Part shown: in pieces, positions 56,750 through 64,000 of the stretch | Layout: each line of letters starts with the position of its first letter | How positions within the stretch are numbered: the stretch's first letter is position 1 | Assembly: GCA_963705305.1 (NCBI GenBank) | Contig: OY970067.1 | Span: forward strand, 384,001 to 448,000 | Direction: 5' to 3' | DNA length: 64,000 bases | From: an uncultured Methylomirabilota bacterium | GTDB taxonomy: Bacteria > Methylomirabilota > Methylomirabilia > Methylomirabilales > 2-02-FULL-66-22 | Position numbers and translations under genes: made by a program | The notes under the pieces: model-generated | Databases searched by the model: none | What the model saw: the letters and a program-made list of their open reading frames with translations, nothing else | What the model was told of the DNA's origin: nothing

Positions 56750-58108
56750 ATGTGGCGTTCTCTCGGACGGCTGGGAATCCTCCTGTTGACGGTGTCGGTA
56801 TGCATTCTCGCTATGGACGCGGGTAGCCTGGCTTTGGCTGCGGGGGCGAACACCGACAAGACGGTCATCCGCATCGGCGCCTTGTTGGACCAGACGGGAG
56901 GGAGCACAACGGCCCTCTACCGCGCGGCGGTGGAGCTCGGAGTCCACCAGGTCAACGAGGCCCTGGCCAAGAGCGGGAGCCGCCTGGCATTTGAGATCGT
57001 CTACGGTGATACGAAAAGCCGTCCCCCGCTGGCCCAAAGCGAGGCGATCCGTCTGATCAACCAGGAGGGAGTAAAGGCGCTGGTGAGCGCCAGCAGCGGC
57101 GAGACCGTCGCCGTGAACAAGCTCAACTACGATACCGCCAGCCCTGCCAATGCGAAGGTACCCCTCACCTGCTTCCAGTGCTCGTCTGGATTTCTCAACA
57201 ACCCGACGACGGTCGAGTCCGACCCCCTCACCCAGGCGGCCGAGCGCGATCTCGACAACTGGCTGTTCCGCGTGTTTTACATCGCCAACTACGAGGCGGC
57301 CGTCCAAGTGCAAATCGCCCTCCAGAACAAGAAGGGGAACGGGCCGTTCAAGGTGGGCATCCTGGCCGATGGCGGGCACCGGTCGCTGGCCGCCGCCGTC
57401 ACGGACCTCCTGCCGAAGTTCTCTGCCGGGTCTTCCGTCGAGGTGACCTATGTCTCAATACTCGCGAACCTCCGCGCAGATTGGGAGAAGGTGGTCAACG
57501 GCAAGCCCGATCTGGTGATCCTCGCCATGCTGCCCGAGGGAGTGACGGAAGGGTTCAAGGCCTACCGGCAGGCCGGGTACACCATTCCGATCCAATCCAA
57601 CAACAGCTTCCGCCGCAACTACATCCTGGAGCAGATCGGAACCATGGCCAACGGCCTCGAGGGCAGCTCGGTGCAGCTCGCGGCCAACAGCGAATCCGGC
57701 CGCGCGTTCGTGAGCGCCTTCAAGTCGGCCACGGGGCACCAGCCGGAAATGACCTGCTCAGGGGCGTACGACGCTACCGTCACTTTGATGCTGGCGGCCA
57801 TAGAGGCGGCGGGAAATGTCCAGCAGCCCCGCGAGGTGACGCCGGCGGCCATCCGGGAGGGTCTCACCAAGCTCAGCGCCCCGGCAGCCACCAAGATCCG
57901 GCCGACCATCGACGACTTTGCCTTGGCGGTCCGGTTGATCGGGCAAGGGAAGCCCATTTTCTACGACGGCGCGTACATCTCGGACGGGTGGGATGCCGCC
58001 GGCGATATGTTTCCCCCGCTGGTGCACTGGAAGGTCGAGAACGGGCAGTTCGTCGAGTACGAGCTCTACGACTGCAATCCGCAAAAGCCGCTCTGTCCTG
58101 TGAAGTAG
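56750..58108 (+). CDS. LivK/LivJ-like (type 1 fold) periplasmic binding protein
   Basis: Signal peptide; IRIGALLDQTG, AVELGVHQVN, GDTKSRP, AYDATVTLMLA. Confidence 0.8.
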   Translation: MWRSLGRLGILLLTVSVCILAMDAGSLALAAGANTDKTVIRIGALLDQTGGSTTALYRAAVELGVHQVNEALAKSGSRLAFEIVYGDTKSRPPLAQSEAIRLINQEGVKALVSASSGETVAVNKLNYDTASPANAKVPLTCFQCSSGFLNNPTTVESDPLTQAAERDLDNWLFRVFYIANYEAAVQVQIALQNKKGNGPFKVGILADGGHRSLAAAVTDLLPKFSAGSSVEVTYVSILANLRADWEKVVNGKPDLVILAMLPEGVTEGFKAYRQAGYTIPIQSNNSFRRNYILEQIGTMANGLEGSSVQLAANSESGRAFVSAFKSATGHQPEMTCSGAYDATVTLMLAAIEAAGNVQQPREVTPAAIREGLTKLSAPAATKIRPTIDDFALAVRLIGQGKPIFYDGAYISDGWDAAGDMFPPLVHWKVENGQFVEYELYDCNPQKPLCPVK

Positions 58109-58206
58109 GCTGGGTCCGAGCCTCCGGAAGCCGCAGTTGCCTCAGTCGCTCCTGCGACCTCTCCGGCGGAGGGGGTAGCCGGGAGCCCGCAAAGGCTGGC
58201 CAGAGG

Positions 58207-59061
58207 CTACACCGCCGCCCAGACCCTCCGCAGGAATGCCGCGTCGGCTCGGGCCCACTCCTCCAGGTGCGGGGGGGCCGTGTCGGCATAGCCGACCTGG
58301 CGGATGATGGCTTCGTCGAAATCATATTCCGTGTGCACCGAAAATGCCCCGCTAAAGCCCAGAGCCTTGAGCGCGCCGAGCGCCCGGCGCCAGTTGACCG
58401 CGCCACTGCCCAGCTTGACGAACCGGGGGACGAACGGGGGCTCGCTCCCTGCGGGTTGCGGGGCATGGTAGGCATCCTTGACGGCGACAATCGACAGGTA
58501 ATCCCGCACCATCGCCAAGCCCATCGGATAGTCCTCGCCGTCCAGCACCATGTGCCCCAGATCCGGATACGCGCCCACCCAGCGAGGATCCAGGCCGCGG
58601 AGGAGATGCATCATCCCCGCGCAATTCGAGCCCAGCACCGGCCCGCTGTGCACCTGATACACCGTCTGGACTCCGTACTTTTCCCCCACCCGCGCGAATC
58701 CCCCCAGTGCCCGGCGCGCCGCATCCACCAGCGCCCAGTAATCTTCGCCGGCCGTGTACGGAAAGAAGCCGATCTTCACCCGCGGCACCCCCGCCGCCGC
58801 GCAGCCTGCGTACAACGGCTCGACCTCCGGGGCGTCCGGGTTGGTCAGCGTCACCGGTGCCGTGGCCAGCGGACAGACCAGCCGCTGCTCCCTCCAGACC
58901 GCAACCGCCTGCGGCAGCGCAGCCTCGACGTTGATCAGGTTGACCGGATGGCCCGGCCGGACATTGACGTCGACCCCATCGAATCCCAGCTCCCGGGCCT
59001 TCACGGCGAGCTCTGAGACGCCGAGGGCAGCAAAGAACTTGGAATTGAGGACGATGTGCAC
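58207..59061 (-). CDS. Sugar phosphate isomerase/epimerase (xylose-isomerase-like TIM barrel)
   Basis: LGFDGVDVNVRPG, YQVHSG, DLGHM, VAVKD, LGSGAVNW, SVHTEY; GGAGGAGG upstream of GTG. Confidence 0.85.
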   Translation of the reverse strand: MHIVLNSKFFAALGVSELAVKARELGFDGVDVNVRPGHPVNLINVEAALPQAVAVWREQRLVCPLATAPVTLTNPDAPEVEPLYAGCAAAGVPRVKIGFFPYTAGEDYWALVDAARRALGGFARVGEKYGVQTVYQVHSGPVLGSNCAGMMHLLRGLDPRWVGAYPDLGHMVLDGEDYPMGLAMVRDYLSIVAVKDAYHAPQPAGSEPPFVPRFVKLGSGAVNWRRALGALKALGFSGAFSVHTEYDFDEAIIRQVGYADTAPPHLEEWARADAAFLRRVWAAV

Positions 59062-59209
59062 CTCTTCCTCCTCCGATGGAGCGGCGAGGCGAGCCCGGCG
59101 TCCACTGGATTGCCTCCGGACCCCTGGGGTCCTCGACCCGCCGTACCAGGTGCTGCCCCGCTTCTTCGGACCCCGGTCCACGGCGCCGCCGGATCCGTCA
59201 GCCGGATCG

Positions 59210-60205
59210 TCAGGGCACCACGATCCCCTTGATGTACCCCTCCGGGGGATGCGCGAGCGCCTCGAGCCCCTTCCCGGTTTCCTCCAGCGAGTAGCGGTGG
59301 GAGATGAGCTTCTCCAGGGGGTAGAGGCCTTTGGCGATGGCCTGCATGGCGATCTCGAGGTCCCGCCTTTGGTCCGGGGAGTGCTCGGGGTGCAGGCTGA
59401 GGATCACGGGCGCCTTGGGACCCCACAGGCTGAGGTCGTAGGTGTCCGGCACCGCATGGTACCCGTACAGAACGATGACTCCCGGAGGCGGACTGGTCCG
59501 GATGGCCCTGCCCGCCAGAGCCACCCCGGCGGGATTGCCGATTCCTTCGAACACCACGTCGCACAGCCGGCCGCCGGTGATGGCCGTCACCTCGGCAGCC
59601 ACATCGACCTTGCCGGCGTTGAGCGTGATGGTCGCCCCCATCTCTTTCGCCAGCTGGAGTCTGCTGTCGAGGATGTCGCACGCAATGATTTCCCCGAGGC
59701 CCCGGGATGCCAGGTTCGCGATGACCAGCAGCCCCATGAAGCCGCAGCCCGCCACGAAGGCGTAATCGCCGAATTTGATCTGCGAGTATCGGACGATGCC
59801 CGTGCAGCACTTTATCGGCTCGCTGACGCAGTACTCAAGGGGGATGCCGTCCGGAACCTTGACCATCCCCGTGACCAGCTCTTTGCTGGCCAGGTCGATG
59901 ACTCCGTATTCGGCAAAGCACTTCTTGAATCCGATGCCCGTCACCCGGTCGCCGGGCCTGAAGCCTTCCACGGCGCTGCCGACGTCCTCGACGATGCCCG
60001 CCGGCTCGTGGCCCAATCTGAGCGGGTAGCTGAGCGGCTCTCCCAGCCACATCGTGCCCTGGCCCTGGTATCGCCCCAGCTCGCTATGGCAGAGCCCGCA
60101 CGAGGTGATCCGCACGAGCACCTGGGTCGGGGTCAGCGCCGGCACTTCGACCTCTTGGATTTCGATCCGCCTGGGACTCACCGCAACAGCCGCCTTCATC
60201 TTCAT
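59210..60205 (-). CDS. Zn-binding medium-chain dehydrogenase lacking the structural-Zn loop
   Basis: GLCHSE, GHEPAG, GDRVT, GCGFMG; GGAGGAGGAG RBS. Confidence 0.88.
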   Translation of the reverse strand: MKMKAAVAVSPRRIEIQEVEVPALTPTQVLVRITSCGLCHSELGRYQGQGTMWLGEPLSYPLRLGHEPAGIVEDVGSAVEGFRPGDRVTGIGFKKCFAEYGVIDLASKELVTGMVKVPDGIPLEYCVSEPIKCCTGIVRYSQIKFGDYAFVAGCGFMGLLVIANLASRGLGEIIACDILDSRLQLAKEMGATITLNAGKVDVAAEVTAITGGRLCDVVFEGIGNPAGVALAGRAIRTSPPPGVIVLYGYHAVPDTYDLSLWGPKAPVILSLHPEHSPDQRRDLEIAMQAIAKGLYPLEKLISHRYSLEETGKGLEALAHPPEGYIKGIVVP

Positions 60206-60292
60206 GGATGCTCCTCCTCCACGGCGCGGCAGGTGCTCGGGAGCGGCCGCGCCTGATCCGACCTCCTATCCTGCTCCCCTTGAAATGGAAAG

Positions 60293-60316
60293 TCTCGACC
60301 CTGCCGCCGGTCGAGA
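60293..60316 (-). terminator. Hairpin downstream of livF, possible intrinsic terminator
   Basis: TCTCGACC/GGTCGAGA 8-bp stem, followed on the minus strand by CTTTCCATTTC. Confidence 0.45.
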
Positions 60317-60347
60317 AATTCCAGCGTAAAAGTCAGCGAGTAAGTCG

Positions 60348-61064
60348 TTAGCCTAACTGAAAATAGGTCCGCTTAACCTCTTCATTGTGTATCAAATCCT
60401 TGCTCCTCCCTTCCATTCCAATCTTTCCATGCTCGAGTATGTATACCCGTTCTGCAAGGTCTAAGGCTAAACTGGCATCCTGTTCAACGATGAGGACCGC
60501 TATTCCGCTCTTCCAGATACTCCGAATCCCTTCTATCAAGCTCTTTTTGATCAAGGGCGAAAGTCCGATGGAAGGCTCATCCAGCATGAGCAGTTTCGGG
60601 CTGCTCATCATGGACCTGCCGATAGCCAGCATTTGCTGTTCTCCGCCACTGAGAGTAGCTGACAGCTGTTTCTTTCGCTCTGCCAGGACGGGAAAGAGTC
60701 GATAGACGGAGTCCAGGTCCTCTCGTATTCTTCCTTTGTCTTTCCGGCGAAAAGCCCCCATCTCCAAGTTTTGCGCGACAGTGAAATCCACAAACAGCTG
60801 CCTACGCTCCGGACAATGAATGATTCCCTTGAGGACGATTTCATGGGCAGGGCAATGATCAATGCGCTCGCCCATGAACGATATCTCTCCCTCCTTCGGA
60901 ACCACAGCAGAAATGGCTCGCAGCAGGGTGCTCTTTCCCGCCCCATTCGGCCCTACCACTCCTACCATCTCTCTTGCGTCGATGTTCAGGCTGAGACCGT
61001 TCAGGGCAATGGCCTTTCCATAAAGGACCTTTAATGACTTCACTTCCAGCAGATGCAATTCCAT
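60348..61064 (-). CDS. livF: Branched-chain amino acid-type ABC ATPase
   Basis: GPNGAGKST, PERRQLF, LSGGEQQMLAIGR, LDEPSIGLSP. Confidence 0.92.
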   Translation of the reverse strand: MELHLLEVKSLKVLYGKAIALNGLSLNIDAREMVGVVGPNGAGKSTLLRAISAVVPKEGEISFMGERIDHCPAHEIVLKGIIHCPERRQLFVDFTVAQNLEMGAFRRKDKGRIREDLDSVYRLFPVLAERKKQLSATLSGGEQQMLAIGRSMMSSPKLLMLDEPSIGLSPLIKKSLIEGIRSIWKSGIAVLIVEQDASLALDLAERVYILEHGKIGMEGRSKDLIHNEEVKRTYFQLG

Positions 61065-61082
61065 CTCTCCTTGTGGCTTATT

Positions 61083-61844
61083 TTATCCCCTCGTATCTCC
61101 CAGGTAGGACTCGATCACCTTCTGATTGTTCATTATTTCCTGCGGGGTGCCCTCCGCTATCTTTTCCCCGAACACGATGGCCACGACCCGTTCTACCAGT
61201 TTCATGAATTCCCGTAACCGGTGCTCGATAATAATCATGGCTTGGCCTTGCTGATGCATCCTCTGGATGGCTGCTGCAAGAATCTCCGAATCGGCTACGT
61301 CCAACCCCGAGAACGGTTCGTCGAGAAGGAGGATATCCGGCTGGGTGGCCATGGCCCGACCAATATCCAGAAGGCGCAACTCCCCGAACGCCAAGTTCTT
61401 GGCCTTCTCATTGAATCGATCCGCCAGCCCCACTGCCTCCAGGAATCTCATGGCCGCGATGTGGGGTTTTTCCTCCGTTTGCCCCGGCAGAGAGCTCCTT
61501 CGCCTGAGGTGCCGAGCCCGTTTGGAAAAACAGGGAATCAGCATATTTTCCAACACCGTCATTTCTTTGAATAAGTCCACCAGCTGGAATGTCCGAGACA
61601 TCCCTCGGTTTACAATCTGGAAAGGTTTCAGGCGGGTAATGTTCTCCCCTTTTAACAACACCTCTCCGGAATCCGGCCGTATAAAGCCGGTGATGAGATT
61701 AAAGAGCGTGGTTTTCCCGGCGCCGTTCGGACCGATGATCCCGATGATATCTTTCTCCTTGACTTGCAGATCAAACTTGCTGACCGCCTGTAATCCGCCG
61801 AATACCTTGGAAATGCTCTGAATATCCAATAACACCGAGGCCAT
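61083..61844 (-). CDS. livG: Branched-chain amino acid-type ABC ATPase
   Basis: FGGLQAV, GPNGAGKTTLFN, RTFQ, LLDEPFSGL, VIESYLG. Confidence 0.92.
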   Translation of the reverse strand: MASVLLDIQSISKVFGGLQAVSKFDLQVKEKDIIGIIGPNGAGKTTLFNLITGFIRPDSGEVLLKGENITRLKPFQIVNRGMSRTFQLVDLFKEMTVLENMLIPCFSKRARHLRRRSSLPGQTEEKPHIAAMRFLEAVGLADRFNEKAKNLAFGELRLLDIGRAMATQPDILLLDEPFSGLDVADSEILAAAIQRMHQQGQAMIIIEHRLREFMKLVERVVAIVFGEKIAEGTPQEIMNNQKVIESYLGDTRG

Positions 61845-61880
61845 AGCACTTTCCCTCGCGCCATCTCGTATCCGACTTTG

Positions 61881-62837
61881 TTACGTTCTAACGACTACAC
61901 GCCGAAAGACGCGCAGGAGAATATCATAGAGTCCTTTTGGGGCAACGAGAAACATGCCCAAGACCAGGCCGGTGTAAATCAACAGGCGAAGGTCGCCCAT
62001 AAAGCGGAACGCTTCATTGATGATCGTTAAAATGTACCCGCCGATGATGGGGCCGATAATCGAGGCCATTCCGCCGACCACTGCCATCATTAAGACCAGA
62101 GACCCTAGAGCCTCGTCCGCCATCGCCGGTGATGCATTCATCATGATATGGGCGTACATCGCGCCTGCCACTCCGGCAATCGTTCCGGACATGGTGAAGG
62201 CAGCCACTTTATAGAAAGTCGTATTGATCCCGGAGCCTTCGCTGGCTGTCTCATTTTCTCCGATGGACCGGAGGATGATGCCAAAGTAGGATCTCGAGAC
62301 AAAATAGAGCAGAAAGACAACCGCCAACATGAATATAGCTGAGAAATAGTAATTGCCCAGAACCGAGCTCATGAGAGGGCTGACCCCGTCGAGCCCTTCT
62401 TCCCCGCCCAATGTTTTTGGGCTGACACATAACAATTTATAGAGCAACATCGCGAAGCAAAAAGTGACGCCGCCGAAGTAGGGACCCTGAAGCCTCAGGG
62501 TGACTGCCCCGATAAATAGGCCGAATAGACCCGCAATGATCCCTCCCAGGGGAAGGGTCAGCCAGGGCCCCCAGCCCAGGTGCAAGTTTAGTACGGCCGC
62601 TGCATATCCGGCCGCGCCTACAAAAAGGGAGTGGCCGAAATTAACCTTGCCGGTGTAGGCAAGAATATCCCAGCTGCAGGCCAGGGCCACATAGAAGTTG
62701 CACAGAATCAGGACTTCCATAAAGTAGCCCTGTTTCACCACCAGAGGGGCAATGAGGACAATCGCGCTGAAAAGCACCAAACCCCTGAGCCGCCGGTATA
62801 ATATCGTGAGACCGAACAAGTCCTGGCAGGAATTCAT
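61881..62837 (-). CDS. livM: Branched-chain amino acid-type ABC permease
   Basis: YTGKVNFGHS, LRLQGPYF, LGGEEG, SIGENETA, VVGGMASIIGPIIG. Confidence 0.9.
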   Translation of the reverse strand: MNSCQDLFGLTILYRRLRGLVLFSAIVLIAPLVVKQGYFMEVLILCNFYVALACSWDILAYTGKVNFGHSLFVGAAGYAAAVLNLHLGWGPWLTLPLGGIIAGLFGLFIGAVTLRLQGPYFGGVTFCFAMLLYKLLCVSPKTLGGEEGLDGVSPLMSSVLGNYYFSAIFMLAVVFLLYFVSRSYFGIILRSIGENETASEGSGINTTFYKVAAFTMSGTIAGVAGAMYAHIMMNASPAMADEALGSLVLMMAVVGGMASIIGPIIGGYILTIINEAFRFMGDLRLLIYTGLVLGMFLVAPKGLYDILLRVFRRVVVRT

Positions 62838-62839
62838 TG

Positions 62840-63706
62840 TTATTTTATTCTCCCCGATTTCAAAAGTCCGGTCGGTCGCACGGCCAGAATGAGAATCATG
62901 GCCGTCAGATACACCATATCCGAATAATTGGCAGAGATAAGGTAGCTTACCGTGGTCTCTGAATACGCCAGGAATAGACTGACAATAATCGCGCCCCCCA
63001 TGCTTCCCAGCCCCCCGATGACCACGATGGCAAACGCCTTAAATAAAGGGAACGACGACATGCCGGGCTCGGCCCCTATTATGGGAGAGGCCAACACTCC
63101 GGCAAACGCCGCCAGCGCGGCCGAAATCCCCATGGTGATCATGTAGACTCTCTCGTAACGGATCCCCATCAGAATGGATGCCAGCTTATTCTGTTCCACT
63201 GCAGCGATGGACTTCCCGATCTTGGTTTTCTTGATGAACACCCACAGGAGAGAGACGACGAGAACTGCCGCAAACAGGATAAGCAATTTCTGATACGATA
63301 TATACACGTCTGCCAGCTGGATGTCTCCGTTGATGAAATTCTGAACCGATTTGCCATCGGCGCCATAGGCCGCGTATATTACCTGTCTGCAAAACGCTTC
63401 GCCAAATATCAGGGTAACGACGACTTGATAGGCATGATTTTCCCGAAAAGGCCGGATGCCCACCTGGTCAAGGATCATGCCGATCGCAGCGACACTCGCG
63501 ACTGCCAATAGCGCAGACAGGGCTACATTCAGTTTCAAAATGGTCATGAACGTATAGGCGAGATATGCCCCGATCATGTAAAAGGCCCCATGGGCAAGGT
63601 TGACGATTCCGGCGACTCCTAAAATCAAGGTGAAACCCACAGCAATGAGGCTGTAGATGGCCCCCCAGATCGTCCCCAAGACAAGGATGTTTAATGCTGC
63701 GCTCAT
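62840..63706 (-). CDS. livH: Branched-chain amino acid-type ABC permease
   Basis: YSLIAVGFTLILG, NLAHGAFYM, KAFAIVVIGGLGS, RPTGL. Confidence 0.92.
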   Translation of the reverse strand: MSAALNILVLGTIWGAIYSLIAVGFTLILGVAGIVNLAHGAFYMIGAYLAYTFMTILKLNVALSALLAVASVAAIGMILDQVGIRPFRENHAYQVVVTLIFGEAFCRQVIYAAYGADGKSVQNFINGDIQLADVYISYQKLLILFAAVLVVSLLWVFIKKTKIGKSIAAVEQNKLASILMGIRYERVYMITMGISAALAAFAGVLASPIIGAEPGMSSFPLFKAFAIVVIGGLGSMGGAIIVSLFLAYSETTVSYLISANYSDMVYLTAMILILAVRPTGLLKSGRIK

Positions 63707-64000
63707 AGATTCACTCCATTCAACTTATCCGGCTCTTCAAGAAGAAGCGTGGGCAATTCTTCCCGCATCGGCGTCTCCCCGCTTGAGGTTGGGGTAGGGA
63801 GTCTTCTATGCCGCTTCCCTCTCTTCGCCATCGCCTCTTCTCCTTCTCGAGAGGGTGACGGCCGGGGAGTCTCGGATAGCGCAGGTGGGGATTTTGCATG
63901 ACCGGTGACGGACGGATGGATAGGAGGCGTTCAAGGCATTCACCCGGGCGCACGCGCGGGAAGCGGCGATCCTGTTCGACACGTGCCGCGTAGCGCGGCA

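Noticed and set aside
63720..64000. Short ORF 63720-63953 and a possible gene tail at the window edge
   Set aside because: No motif or RBS support; cannot be resolved without the adjacent sequence.

Overview
High-GC (roughly two-thirds G+C by eye) bacterial chromosomal segment made almost entirely of catabolic and transport operons. I found no rRNA, tRNA, CRISPR array or transposase/integrase. Contents in order: (1) dienelactone-hydrolase-family enzyme and an EamA transporter; (2) FadR-type regulator, mini-ferredoxin and tungsten-AOR-family oxidoreductase, divergent from a sugar ABC transporter and a UlaG-like lactonase; (3) IclR-linked sugar-acid operon (NAL/DHDPS-family aldolase, DgoK-like kinase, FAH-family enzyme, 2-hydroxyacid dehydrogenase) with a divergent orphan SBP; (4) MBL hydrolase, a complete Dpp/Opp-type ABC system and a TRAP system; (5) ThDP E1 alpha/beta genes without E2/E3, followed by an SDR and a Tdh-like dehydrogenase; (6) an RpiR-headed operon with an allantoinase/hydantoinase-like enzyme, a dedicated ECF transporter (unrecognised S component, one degenerate ATPase site), an N-carbamoylase-like M20 hydrolase, an AroM protein with a two-Cys racemase signature and a flavin reductase; (7) an mrpABCDEFG cation/H+ antiporter operon with a frameshifted mrpE and an MrpG-USP fusion, bracketed by two paralogous PAS-PAS-LuxR regulators; (8) DedA, orphan TRAP dctQM, an orphan LivK-like SBP, a TIM-barrel isomerase, a Zn-dehydrogenase and a lower-GC livHMGF block. 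Block 6 is the best candidate for an undescribed system. All calls rest on motif recognition by eye; no database search was run.
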